From the IMG/VR virus record IMGVR_UViG_3300001199_000006, positions 12,561 through 76,560 of that record: a stretch of DNA of 64,000 nt. The stretch is one strand, 5' to 3'. Below the pieces are notes generated by a model. It saw only the letters and a list, made by a program, of their open reading frames with translations, did no database searches and was not told where the DNA came from. The position numbers and the translations under genes were made by a program. Numbering within the stretch: position 1 is the first letter of the stretch; each line of letters starts with the position of its first letter. This document shows, one piece after another, positions 35,405 to 44,658 of the stretch. The stretch is from a virus (Duplodnaviria; Caudoviricetes).

Positions 35405-37075
35405 TCATCCTGCGATCAAGGTGAAGACCAAGGACCGCAGGTTGATGGCTTGGATCGCCGTGAGGTCGATCTCGGAGTTGAACAGGATCTCGTTGTTGTA
35501 GAGGTACGCGTCGTCGTAGAAAGCACGCGTCGCGACGCCGGGGATCTCGACGTCCTTGAGCGGGTCGAACGGGCCGCCGTCGCTGCCGTCGAGGTCGGTG
35601 TCGGTGCGGTACTCCTCGATGACCGTGCCCAAGGTCGGGTTCGTGAAGTCGATGTGCTCGAACACCACGCGCTTGAGCGTGAACCCGCGCACGCCCGGCA
35701 CCTTGAGCACGCGAGAGTAGATGTCGGAGACGCGGATCAGGAACCCGCTCGACTCCTCAAACAGCGCGACCAGGGCCTCGACCACACCACGATGCACGTC
35801 CTTGGTCTGGTTCGTCGTGTCGTACTTGATCTGCCCCAGGTCCAAGTCCACCTGCGCGAGCGTCGGGCGGATCACGACGTTGTGGACCGTCACCATCGTG
35901 CGCGGGCGCAGGTATTGCTGCACCTCGTAGCTGCGGTTCGACGGAGCCTGCACGTATCGGCGGTACGCCACAGCCGTCGTCGTGCCCTGCCCCGGCGACG
36001 TGCTGACGAACGTGAACTGCTCAATGTCCCAGACGTGGACGCGCACGATGTTGCCGCGATAGCTGGACTGCGGCACGTCCGCAAAGACCAGGCCCACGTT
36101 CGTGAACGACTCCACGGCCTCCTCGTAGTCGCGGATCGTGATGACCTTGTCGAGCGAGCGGATGTACGCGGGGATCGAGAGGCGAAGCTCGTCCACGGTC
36201 TCACGATCCTGCCCGCCCGTGGCCGCGCCCTCCGTGTTCTGGAGCGTGATGGATGCGGTCGTGCCCGTTCCGATCACGTCCACGAGCAAGCTGCCACGCA
36301 CCGTGTTGACGCCGGTGTTGCCCGCCGCGCCGTTGGTCGTGCGGTACTGGATCGTGACCTCGGCGTCCGGAACCTTCCCCGCTACCCCGTCGCCGAACGC
36401 CACGGTCAACCGCCCCTGGCCGTCGAAGAAGACCTCGTAGGTGCGGGTGTCCGAGGTCTCCAGCGCGACGTTGCCGACCAGTACCCACTCGTTCTGCGGG
36501 TCCGTGGGATCCCCGACGAACACGGACCACGAGTCCTGCTCCACGACGCCACGCGCCGTGCGGAACTGCTGCCGTGGTTGCTTCGTCACGGCGAAGCTCT
36601 CGGAGTAGCTCTGCCCCTCGCGCAGGGCCAGGGTGACGACCGACGAACCCGGCACGATCGTGACGTCCTCGACCACCTCGTACCGCAGGCCGTTCGCCCC
36701 CGTGAGGAACTGCCCCGCTTCGACGATCGCGCCGAACGTGACGACGTTCGTCGGCAGCGTGCCGCTGACCACCTGCACACCGGCCGAGATCGCGCCGCGT
36801 ACCGGAGCCCCGACGCTTCGCGCGAAGCGCAGTGCGCTCTCGTACCGCCGCGCCGTGGCGAGGAAGACCTCCTGCGCCGTGATGTCCTGCCCGTAGCTGA
36901 GCAGGTCCACGACGTACGCGACGAGATCAACGAGCAGGGTGCCGAGGTTCGTCGCCTGGAAGTCAGTGAAGTCCTGTGGGCGCGTCGCCTGGATGAAGGC
37001 CAGGACGTCCTCGCGCACCGTCAGAAAGTCACGGCCCGTATACGCGATCGTCGGCGGTCTGGGTTGTTCAGCCAT
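35405..37075 (-). CDS. Baseplate wedge subunit (T4 gp6/P2 gpJ-like)
   Basis: YTGRDFLTVRE...DFTDF...G..LVDL.AYV.DLLSY..D...E.FL.TA; Y.TTNG.AGN; GG.DRET.DELR...VT..DY. Confidence 0.88.
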   Translation of the reverse strand: MAEQPRPPTIAYTGRDFLTVREDVLAFIQATRPQDFTDFQATNLGTLLVDLVAYVVDLLSYGQDITAQEVFLATARRYESALRFARSVGAPVRGAISAGVQVVSGTLPTNVVTFGAIVEAGQFLTGANGLRYEVVEDVTIVPGSSVVTLALREGQSYSESFAVTKQPRQQFRTARGVVEQDSWSVFVGDPTDPQNEWVLVGNVALETSDTRTYEVFFDGQGRLTVAFGDGVAGKVPDAEVTIQYRTTNGAAGNTGVNTVRGSLLVDVIGTGTTASITLQNTEGAATGGQDRETVDELRLSIPAYIRSLDKVITIRDYEEAVESFTNVGLVFADVPQSSYRGNIVRVHVWDIEQFTFVSTSPGQGTTTAVAYRRYVQAPSNRSYEVQQYLRPRTMVTVHNVVIRPTLAQVDLDLGQIKYDTTNQTKDVHRGVVEALVALFEESSGFLIRVSDIYSRVLKVPGVRGFTLKRVVFEHIDFTNPTLGTVIEEYRTDTDLDGSDGGPFDPLKDVEIPGVATRAFYDDAYLYNNEILFNSEIDLTAIQAINLRSLVFTLIAG

Positions 37076-37486
37076 CTAGCGCGCCCCGATGAAGGTCTTG
37101 GGGATCTGCACCGTCCGCTGCACGTCCAGGTCCAGGTCGCTCCGGAGACGGAACACGACGCGGATCTCTAGCCCGCGCGCGATCTCCTTGACCTCGACAC
37201 GCACGATCTGCGCGTTGGTGAGTTGACGGTCCACGGCCTCGCGCACCGCGTAGTCCACGAGCGGGAAGTCGTTCTCGATGACCGGCTCGAAGAGCTGCTC
37301 GTGCAGCGCGCTGCCCAGGCTTCGGCGCATGAAGCGGCCACCGATCGGCGTGAAGAGCGCAAGCAGAAGATCACCCCAAGCCGTGTCGCCAGGGTTCTTC
37401 GACTCGAAGTAGCCGCCGGGACCCTTCGTCGCAGGAAGAGCCAGGCCGCGTAACTCCGTCGCTGACAGGAGGTCGGGTGTCGCCAC
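37076..37486 (-). CDS. Baseplate wedge / sheath initiator (gp25/GPW-like)
   Basis: LFTPIGGRFMRRSLGSALHEQLFEP. Confidence 0.8.
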   Translation of the reverse strand: MATPDLLSATELRGLALPATKGPGGYFESKNPGDTAWGDLLLALFTPIGGRFMRRSLGSALHEQLFEPVIENDFPLVDYAVREAVDRQLTNAQIVRVEVKEIARGLEIRVVFRLRSDLDLDVQRTVQIPKTFIGAR

Positions 37487-37495
37487 AGGAACGGA

Positions 37496-37529
37496 AGTCT
37501 ACCGGTCCCGCGCGCCCGCATCTACAGGG
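37496..37529 (-). promoter_or_regulatory. Late-type promoter motif
   Basis: CCCTGTAGAT-N18-TAGACT upstream of the gp25-like gene. Confidence 0.65.
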
Positions 37530-37530
37530 C

Positions 37531-37833
37531 TCAGGTCACGAAGACATTGGGGATCGTGGCCTGGAGCACGCCCTGGAGCCAACCGGTGCCGAGCATCGTC
37601 ACGGCCCCGCCCACGTACACGGGCTTGCCCTCGATCAGCACCTTCGTGCTGGTGAGCGTGCCGGAGATGATCGGGCCGCCGCCCGTGTTGGCCTGGCCAA
37701 CCAGCATGACGCTGCGCCCGCCGATGAAGGTCTTGACCGAGCCCGAGGTCATGGGGAACGAGGCGTAGGCGGGAGGCGTGCTCGGGTACACGTACGGGCC
37801 GCCGACATCACCCTGCACGACGGGGATCGGCAT
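37531..37833 (-). CDS. PAAR-like spike tip protein
   Basis: Two GS..(T/V)(F/L)I.G..V...G repeats, 100 aa, near the spike gene. Confidence 0.6.
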   Translation of the reverse strand: MPIPVVQGDVGGPYVYPSTPPAYASFPMTSGSVKTFIGGRSVMLVGQANTGGGPIISGTLTSTKVLIEGKPVYVGGAVTMLGTGWLQGVLQATIPNVFVT

Positions 37834-38492
37834 CAGAACAGCTCCCCTCGCAGCGCCTTGAACTTGCCCTCGCCCTGCGCGAGCTTCTGGATCAGGGCCG
37901 CGAGGTTCGTGTCGAGGATACCCGGGACACCGCCGACGAAGGAGAAACCGTCAGCGAGCTGTGCGAATCGCTGGTACGGGCCTTCGAGGAACTCCTCGTT
38001 CCCGCACACCGATTGCACGGTGGCCGCGATCACGAGGGCCTCGGCGAAGGACTCAGGTGTGAACGCGATCCGCCGTGACTCACGCTCGTACCTGCGCGCT
38101 TCCTTGACCAGCTTCGCGTTCGGACTGTTGTCGAGTGCTAACTCGTAGTTGCGTCGCGCGTCATCCACGTCACCGGCCGTCAAGCTCTTGATCTTCTGGA
38201 GCTGGGTATTGGGGTCAAGCGCCGTGAGTGAACCGAGATCGTCAAGGCCGAGCGCCAACGGCGTCAACGGGCAAGCGACGTACGTGAGCAGCGCGACAAA
38301 GTCGAGAGGCACGGGGCTCGGGATCGAATCGACGGCTGCGTCAACGTCTTCGACGGCGATCCCGGCTGTCGCGCCGAAGGCGTCGTTGAAAAAGCCAGTC
38401 ATCGAGATGATCGCGGTGAGCTTGTCCAGCTCGATCTGCACGCGGCGACGCAGCACCGACGTGACTGCACTAGGACACGCGCCACACGCCAT
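37833..38492 (-). CDS. Hypothetical protein of the baseplate region
   Basis: 219-aa ORF coupled to the PAAR-like gene. Confidence 0.65.
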   Translation of the reverse strand: MACGACPSAVTSVLRRRVQIELDKLTAIISMTGFFNDAFGATAGIAVEDVDAAVDSIPSPVPLDFVALLTYVACPLTPLALGLDDLGSLTALDPNTQLQKIKSLTAGDVDDARRNYELALDNSPNAKLVKEARRYERESRRIAFTPESFAEALVIAATVQSVCGNEEFLEGPYQRFAQLADGFSFVGGVPGILDTNLAALIQKLAQGEGKFKALRGELF

Positions 38493-38495
38493 CGC

Positions 38496-38702
38496 TCACA
38501 CCCGCTCGACGACGAAGCCGTCCAAGACGAAACGCGCGAAGCGCACGGAGCCACCGTTCAACTGCGCCGTATACGGCTCGACCGGAAGCTCGATGGGTAG
38601 CGACGCTGGAAGCGGGGAGGGCCTGAAACGCGCCGACGCGAACGCCGTGACCAACAGCCCGAACAGAGAGCGGCGCGTGAGCCCTCGATGAGGGTTTGAC
38701 AT
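38496..38702 (-). CDS. Small protein with twin-arginine-like signal
   Basis: MSNPHRGLTRRSLFGLLVTAFASA. Confidence 0.5.
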   Translation of the reverse strand: MSNPHRGLTRRSLFGLLVTAFASARFRPSPLPASLPIELPVEPYTAQLNGGSVRFARFVLDGFVVERV

Positions 38703-38710
38703 GGTGTCAA
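38696..38710. repeat. Dispersed palindrome copy 6 (one mismatch, TTGACATGGTGTCAA)
   Basis: Overlaps the ATG at 38700-38702. Confidence 0.8.
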
Positions 38711-38725
38711 GCATACGCCGGAGCG

Positions 38726-39172
38726 TCAGCTACGCAAGAGGCGGCGGCGCTCGCGCTGATAACGCCGATGCCGTGCGCGGTACTTCGCGGTTCGACGCGC
38801 CCGGCGCTCGCGCACTGCCTTGCACCAGCGGCACTGCCTCTCACGGCGACGCCCGGGGCGTTGGCGGTAGAGCGGGCGAATCCACGGATGCCCGGCCGCG
38901 CACGCCGGGAGCGGCTTCGAGCGCGTCGCCTCGACTCGCCAATGCGCGGGGTTGACGCAAGCGTGCCGTCCACAGACGTTCTCGATCCGCCGCGCCCCGA
39001 GCGGTTCGATCAGCGCCTCCCAGAAGACACGGTGCGCCACCTGTCGCCGACCCTGTACCTGTACCCGGACGTAGCCGGACTCGTTGCAAGGCCGCATCGG
39101 CAAGGTCCAACAGCCGTCAGCGTGCTCTCGCACACGGGCGCGCACCGCCTCGAAGGTCTGCGCCGCAGGCAT
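38726..39172 (-). CDS. HNH-like endonuclease, possibly degenerate
   Basis: CW...GY....AHRV.W...ENVC....CVNPAHW; then C..GH...R.C..C. Confidence 0.7.
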   Translation of the reverse strand: MPAAQTFEAVRARVREHADGCWTLPMRPCNESGYVRVQVQGRRQVAHRVFWEALIEPLGARRIENVCGRHACVNPAHWRVEATRSKPLPACAAGHPWIRPLYRQRPGRRRERQCRWCKAVRERRARRTAKYRARHRRYQRERRRLLRS

Positions 39173-39498
39173 CAGCGCTTGACGCCGCGTCGCATGAAAT
39201 CGCGCGCGCTGTCCTCAGTCGCGTTGTATTGGCGCACACCCTTGCGCGCCAGGCGGACGAGACGAGGGATCTCCTCGGCGTCGTACAGCTCAGCGTCGCC
39301 CATGACGATCCAACCGGCCTTGAGGTTGAGGGCACGCGCGTGCCGGTATCGCGCCCGCCCAACACCGCGCATGGCGTGAAACCGCCACGCCACCTGGCCG
39401 TCGCTCCACAGCGCTACGGTCTTGCCGTCCGCCGTCTGACGACGGGCGACTTCGTGATCCGCGTGAGCGCCGCACGAGCAAGTGGGAGGATGGAGCAT
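39172..39498 (-). CDS. Hypothetical protein
   Basis: MLHPPTCSCG...; stop overlaps the HNH start. Confidence 0.55.
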   Translation of the reverse strand: MLHPPTCSCGAHADHEVARRQTADGKTVALWSDGQVAWRFHAMRGVGRARYRHARALNLKAGWIVMGDAELYDAEEIPRLVRLARKGVRQYNATEDSARDFMRRGVKR

Positions 39499-39506
39499 GT
39501 TCAGGT

Positions 39507-40142
39507 TCAGGTGGTCTTCGGGGCAGGCGAGGTGTGCTTGCGGAAGAGGCCGTTCTTCGTGACCGACACGACGAGCTGGCAGCCCGGGCACTCCGCATAG
39601 CGCCGGCACTGACCCGAGAACTTCCCGCTGTTCGGGCAGAGCGTTGCGGCCTCGGCGGCTTCGCGAGCTTCACGCAGCGCCTTGGCGCGGAGGAAATCGG
39701 GGTGCGTCTGAACCTCTGGGAAGCACACGGCGCAGGCCGCGTCTCCGTGAGCCTGCACCATCGCGCTCTCGTCACAGTCGGCCAGGTTCACGAGCCATCC
39801 GAACTGCGTGTTCCAGTGACAGGTCGAACAGCTCCGTTCGCGATGTACGTGGCCGCCGGGCACCAGGTAGTAACGCCTCCACCCGCCGCGTCGCGCGAAC
39901 TCGTTCTCGAACGGGGTCATCTCGTCCTGGATCGCCTTGCGCTCGGCACGGACCTTGGCCCACGCGGCCTCGATCTCTTCCAAGCTCTGCCCATACAGCT
40001 TCCGCCCGTCGCGCGCGTCCATCACACGCTGCTCGTACTGGCTCTCACGCATGCGCGTCCGGAAGAAGCGCTCGTAGATCGCGGCGAGCTGGGTGTCGAT
40101 CTCACACGGGGTCTGCTCGGTCAAGGGCTTGGTCTCGCTCAT
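39507..40142 (-). CDS. Conserved phage Zn-binding protein
   Basis: GWRRYYLV.GGHVH...CSTC...TQFGWL...AC.VCFP. Confidence 0.75.
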   Translation of the reverse strand: MSETKPLTEQTPCEIDTQLAAIYERFFRTRMRESQYEQRVMDARDGRKLYGQSLEEIEAAWAKVRAERKAIQDEMTPFENEFARRGGWRRYYLVPGGHVHRERSCSTCHWNTQFGWLVNLADCDESAMVQAHGDAACAVCFPEVQTHPDFLRAKALREAREAAEAATLCPNSGKFSGQCRRYAECPGCQLVVSVTKNGLFRKHTSPAPKTT

Positions 40143-40264
40143 GCCCGCCTCTTCGACCACGGTACCACCGGGTCTTGAGGGAAAGCGTTTCCGACCGAAG
40201 AAAGTGCTCGCGCGGTCCGGTTTTCGCCTCAAGGTCGCGGTACGCCCTGGCCGAAGAAGTGGGC
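40143..40264. promoter_or_regulatory. Divergent early-gene upstream motifs B and C
   Basis: Minus: GAAACGCTTTCC-CTCAAG-N17-TCGAAGAGGCGGGC-ATG; plus: CTCAAG(40228)-N17-CCGAAGAAGTGGGC-ATG. Confidence 0.65.
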
Positions 40265-40591
40265 ATGAGCAACGCCAAGTTCACCGAGACGTCCACTCCG
40301 GCGGTCATGCGCTTCGCCTACGACAGCGGCGCGCAGTGGAAGGTTAGCCCGCACGGTCCCGACGACCCGGACCGAGACGCTGTCTGGTGTGACTCACGCA
40401 CCGAAGCGGATCGTGTCGCCGCGTGCGAACGATACCGGAACGCGGTCGCAGAGCTGACCAAGGCTCAAGAACGCCTCCGCACCGCCGTGCAGCACATCGA
40501 CACGTACGAATCGAGGTACGCGGTCGAGCGTTTGAAGCGCGAGGTCGAGGCCGCGCGCGAAGCACTGCCGGAAGACCTCAAGACGCGTTAG
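40265..40591 (+). CDS. Hypothetical protein
   Basis: MSNAKFTETS...; C-terminal coiled coil. Confidence 0.6.
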   Translation: MSNAKFTETSTPAVMRFAYDSGAQWKVSPHGPDDPDRDAVWCDSRTEADRVAACERYRNAVAELTKAQERLRTAVQHIDTYESRYAVERLKREVEAAREALPEDLKTR

Positions 40592-40621
40592 GCCCAGAGC
40601 CGACACACAAGCACGGAGGAC

Positions 40622-40927
40622 ATGACCATGCACGACCGAGCCCTGATCCTGAAAACACACGCGCCCAGGCCGGGCGACTCCTACCTGGTGCCGCGCTTCC
40701 TGGTGGTGGACACCGACGCGGACGAGGTGGTCGCGGGCTTCTTCACGATCGAGGAAGCCGTGGACCGGTATCCGAACGCCCAGCCGACCGAGCAGTTCCT
40801 CGCCGACGAAGATCGCCACGTCGCGTACCTGGTCGCGCGTGAGAACGGCCTGCGCCGCAGCCGCGAGTTCCTGACCAAGACCCTGCCCGAGCGCGTGCGC
40901 GCGCTCACGACCTCGGAGCCCTTCTGA
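40622..40927 (+). CDS. Hypothetical protein
   Basis: GGAGG RBS, 101 aa. Confidence 0.7.
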   Translation: MTMHDRALILKTHAPRPGDSYLVPRFLVVDTDADEVVAGFFTIEEAVDRYPNAQPTEQFLADEDRHVAYLVARENGLRRSREFLTKTLPERVRALTTSEPF

Positions 40928-41280
40928 TGAACGCCCAGCACGAAGAGATCCTGATCCAAGGCTTCAAGGACGCGGCGCGCGCGGCCGAAGAAGCGGCGCG
41001 TAGCTCGCTGGAAGACGGCGGGGCCTGCAACTTCGACACGCCCGCCTTCCGCGTCGATCGCGTGTCGAACGGCAAGTTCCGCGCGCTCGTCGCACCCTCG
41101 GGCCTGACCGTCTCGGAGTTCACCTGGCGCGGGGGCAAGAAGTGGCTGTGGTTGAACCTGCCCAGCTACGGTCAGGGAAACCGACGCACGCGCGCCAGCC
41201 AGGCTGCCGTCAACGTGCTCGAACGCCTCGTCACGCAAGTGCCGGGGCTCCGCGTCTTCCACTACATGCAAATGGACTGA
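40927..41280 (+). CDS. Hypothetical phage protein
   Basis: EDGGACNFD...YGQGNRRTR; TGATG coupling. Confidence 0.7.
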   Translation: MNAQHEEILIQGFKDAARAAEEAARSSLEDGGACNFDTPAFRVDRVSNGKFRALVAPSGLTVSEFTWRGGKKWLWLNLPSYGQGNRRTRASQAAVNVLERLVTQVPGLRVFHYMQMD

Positions 41281-41283
41281 CCC

Positions 41284-41712
41284 ATGCTCAACCTGATCGC
41301 ACTCATCCTGTTCGCGTTCTTCGGCAGCGCCCTGACCACACTCGGCGGCCTCACGCTCGTCGAGTACGGGCCGAACCCGTCAAGTCGTTACGCGCTCGCG
41401 TACGGGCTGACCGCGCTGGCTTTCGTGGCGGTGTTGGCGTCGGGACGTACCCGCATCGACAGCCTGTTCCCGCGCTGGAGCCTGCGCGAAGGGCTGGGGT
41501 ACGGCGCGTTGACCACGGGCGTGCTGTGCCTGTTTTTCGACAACTACGCCGCAGCGTCGTGCGCGTTCGTGTTGTGCCTGATCGTGCGACATCAGCCGAT
41601 CAGGATCACGCCGCCGTCGATGCGCGTGGTCGATCCGCCGAGCAATTCGACCAGCGAACCGGCGTCGATCCGGATGGTCGGCGCGGACAGCTCGATTCGC
41701 GAAGTCGCTTGA
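41284..41712 (+). CDS. Integral membrane protein
   Basis: Three to four hydrophobic segments; 3' end overlaps the spike gene. Confidence 0.6.
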   Translation: MLNLIALILFAFFGSALTTLGGLTLVEYGPNPSSRYALAYGLTALAFVAVLASGRTRIDSLFPRWSLREGLGYGALTTGVLCLFFDNYAAASCAFVLCLIVRHQPIRITPPSMRVVDPPSNSTSEPASIRMVGADSSIREVA

Positions 41713-42821
41713 AGCGTGAGGATCGCGCCGCACGTCACGTCCATGTTGGCTCCGGCGTCGATCGTCATGTTCACGCTGCCCTCGATGTCGAAGTCGCCGT
41801 CGGCGGTCAGCGTGAACGTGCTGGCGGCGTTCACCTCGATCGCCGCGTTGCAATTCACCTCGATCTTGAGCGCCGCGTCCACGGTGAGCGTGCCTTCGAG
41901 GTCGAGCACGACGTTGCCCTGCACCTGTAGCTGGCAGTCGCCTTCGAGGTCGATCAGGGTGTCGCCCTGCGCCAGGATGGTCAGGGCAGCGTCGGACTCG
42001 ATCTTGAGGTCGGAGGCCGACTTGATCGTGATCTTGGACTGGCCGTCCACCTGGATCTCACCGGCCACGTCCACGTCGAGCAGCCCGGCACTCTCCACGA
42101 CGATCGTGTCCGCCGCCTTGATGTTGATGACCTGACTGCGCTCGGGCAACGGCGGCGGCGACCCGGGCGGCTGGTACTCGCCGATGTTGATCTCGTCGGC
42201 GGCACGGATGTTCGTCACGCCGCCGCAGCGCAACGTGGTCTCCTCCGTCACGTCCGCGATCAAGATGCGGGTGTTCGCCGTCACCTGGTCAGCATCGACG
42301 ATCTGCACGGCCGGAGCCGTGAGTTGGATCCGGCCTTCCCCGCGTAGCTCGATCGTGCCGTCACGCGCGCCAACGCGGATGCGCGAGCCGTCCGGCGTCT
42401 CGACCGTGATCCACAGCTCGTCGTCGAGCGGGCTCATCTCGATCTTGTTCCCAACGCGGTCGATGCGCGTCCAACGCTTCGACGTGCGGTCGTACTCGGC
42501 GGTCTGCTCGGCCGGGAGCGGCGGCAACCCGCCCTCGAAGTTGAGGATCCCGCCCACGATGACGGGGAACCGGCGATCGCCACCCTCGAACATGACCCAG
42601 ACCGGGTCACCGACCTCGAAGGCCGGGATGTCGCCGAAGCTGCCACCGCCGAACGCGACGGCGTGCTCGGCCCACGGTAGGTGATCGGACTCGACCTCGG
42701 GCGGATGCACGTTCGACACGCGCACGCGGTATCGCTTGCGCTGCTCGGGGTCCGACGTGACCTCGATCGCGGCGCGGTACACGCCCGGGTACGTCTCGGT
42801 CAGCTCGCGCGGATCTCTCAC
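41592..42821 (-). CDS. Baseplate central spike (gp5/VgrG/gpV-like)
   Basis: OB-fold GVYRA.I....DPE...R.RVRV...LPWA...P..GD.VWVMFEGGD...PV.VG, then beta-helix repeats. Confidence 0.88.
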   Translation of the reverse strand: MRDPRELTETYPGVYRAAIEVTSDPEQRKRYRVRVSNVHPPEVESDHLPWAEHAVAFGGGSFGDIPAFEVGDPVWVMFEGGDRRFPVIVGGILNFEGGLPPLPAEQTAEYDRTSKRWTRIDRVGNKIEMSPLDDELWITVETPDGSRIRVGARDGTIELRGEGRIQLTAPAVQIVDADQVTANTRILIADVTEETTLRCGGVTNIRAADEINIGEYQPPGSPPPLPERSQVINIKAADTIVVESAGLLDVDVAGEIQVDGQSKITIKSASDLKIESDAALTILAQGDTLIDLEGDCQLQVQGNVVLDLEGTLTVDAALKIEVNCNAAIEVNAASTFTLTADGDFDIEGSVNMTIDAGANMDVTCGAILTLQATSRIELSAPTIRIDAGSLVELLGGSTTRIDGGVILIG

Positions 42822-44074
42822 GACTCAACCTCCAAGCCGACGAGGCCACTCGCGTCTCCAGCCAGGGGCGGATCGACCGTGCGCGACGCGACGGTGGGCT
42901 CGGTGCCGTCCTGCGCCGAAATCCCCTCGCGCGTCATCTCGAACGACGTCTCCCAACCCGACGACGAGACTTCGTGTTTTACCTTGAAGACCTGGAAGTT
43001 GCCGGAGAGATAATGCAGCTCGCCGTTCGTCTTGAGCACCTCGGCGCGGATGTAATCGAGGACGCGGATGCGGTGCGTGCCGTGGACCGACAGCTCAGCC
43101 GAGTATGCAAAGCGACGATAGTGCTCGTAGCGAGAGCGCGCGATGCGCTCGGCCTCAGCAGGGTGCCGCGTGACCAAGTTCACGAAGCTGTGGATCCCGT
43201 CCCCGAGGTTCGGCCTGGCGGCGGCGTCCACGGCCGTGACCGCGCCCTCGGAGTTGACCCCGCCGGTCGAGGTCGAGCGGATGTCAGCGGTCCCGCCCTG
43301 CGCCGACACGGGCGAGGTATAGCGGGTGTTGCCGCCGCCCGAGAGCACGCCGAACAGGCTCATGTCGGCCGGAGTGAACGAGAGCACGTCCCCAGCCATG
43401 TCGCGCGCGTACCGGTACAGGTGCGTGCTCGCCGAGATGTAGTTGGACGTGTGGAAGTGGAGCGCACCTTCTTCGTCGAAGAAGAGGCGGAAGTCGCTGC
43501 CGCCGTTCGGGCTGCGCGCCTGTTTCAAGAGCTGATCGCGGATGAAGTTGAACGCGCTCTCGCCCTTGGTGTTGAACGGCGTCTCCAGCGGCGGCTCCGT
43601 CGCCTCGATCGTGTCGTTGCCGAACAGGTCCGACGTCGGCCATCCCTGCTCTTCCGCGATCGCGCGCACGATCTCGGACGCGCGCATGCCCTCCTTGTAC
43701 GAGCGCACGGTCCGATCCACGATCGTCGGCCCCAGCGACCGCGCCATGACCTCCAGGGTCAGGGTCGTGCCGTTGGGCTCGAAGTTCGGACGGTACCGCG
43801 TGATCCAGCCTTTGAACGAGCGCTGGAAGCTGTCCACGGGGTCGTCCCAGCCGAACTGTAGGTCGATGTTCCGGTCGCGCTCGGCCGCGAGGATGGCCAA
43901 CTCCAGCTCGTCGAAGGTCGGGTCGAACAGCGTGATTGTCCCGGTCCACGCGCCGGTCGTGACCAGCTCGATCGACAGCTCCGTCAGGTAGTCGGCGAAC
44001 GGGAGCTGGACCGACGTCCCGGCCCCGCTCAGTGCCAACGTGCCGACGACCGAGACGTTCGAGTTCGTCGTCAC
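42818..44074 (-). CDS. Baseplate hub protein (gp27/gpD-like)
   Basis: Q.GES.F.FI..L...L.FDEEG.LHF; C-terminal Y.SGN..V.KV.H.....G..T. Confidence 0.75.
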   Translation of the reverse strand: MTTNSNVSVVGTLALSGAGTSVQLPFADYLTELSIELVTTGAWTGTITLFDPTFDELELAILAAERDRNIDLQFGWDDPVDSFQRSFKGWITRYRPNFEPNGTTLTLEVMARSLGPTIVDRTVRSYKEGMRASEIVRAIAEEQGWPTSDLFGNDTIEATEPPLETPFNTKGESAFNFIRDQLLKQARSPNGGSDFRLFFDEEGALHFHTSNYISASTHLYRYARDMAGDVLSFTPADMSLFGVLSGGGNTRYTSPVSAQGGTADIRSTSTGGVNSEGAVTAVDAAARPNLGDGIHSFVNLVTRHPAEAERIARSRYEHYRRFAYSAELSVHGTHRIRVLDYIRAEVLKTNGELHYLSGNFQVFKVKHEVSSSGWETSFEMTREGISAQDGTEPTVASRTVDPPLAGDASGLVGLEVES

Positions 44075-44655
44075 TGCCAGTCTCCGGAGATCGGGCCGCC
44101 GACCGTCCCGGAGGGGAAGTACCCGAGGTTGCGCTTGAAGGCGCGCACGACCTCGAACGTCGCGTTGAAGTCAGCGCCGTGCGGGAGCAGGCTGTCCGGG
44201 TCCATCGGATCGAAGACCCACTGGATATCCCCGCCCGTCAGCACGCAGCGCGCGGTCAGGAGGTTGCCCACCTTGAGGAGCACGGGCGGCGGCGCGTAGC
44301 TGACGTCCTGCTGCTGGTTGTAGACCGGGTACTTGAGCGCGTCGAGGAAGCGGGCCGGGAGGATGACCTCCTCGTTCAAGACCTGCTCCGTCACCGTGCT
44401 GTTCAAGCCCTGCGCGCGGAACTTGAAGTTGATGTTGATCGACCGGTTCGGGTTCGAGACCCACACCTTGTACGCCTCGGCGCGACCGATCGGGCTGCTG
44501 TCCGTGTACCCCGGGCTCACGCCTTCCGTGATCCCGGAGTCCCAATCCACGTACGTGATGCGCAGCACGGTCCCGAACGGGTGCTGCCACAACGACCGGT
44601 GCGGCCAGCCCGTGTCGATCGCGATCGTCAGCCGATCACCGAGGTTGGAGTCCAT
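44071..44655 (-). CDS. Tail tube initiator-like protein
   Basis: PIGRAE.Y..W.SN..R.I...F.F...YAPPPVLL.VG; follows the tape measure gene. Confidence 0.7.
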   Translation of the reverse strand: MDSNLGDRLTIAIDTGWPHRSLWQHPFGTVLRITYVDWDSGITEGVSPGYTDSSPIGRAEAYKVWVSNPNRSININFKFRAQGLNSTVTEQVLNEEVILPARFLDALKYPVYNQQQDVSYAPPPVLLKVGNLLTARCVLTGGDIQWVFDPMDPDSLLPHGADFNATFEVVRAFKRNLGYFPSGTVGGPISGDWQ

Positions 44656-44658
44656 ACG

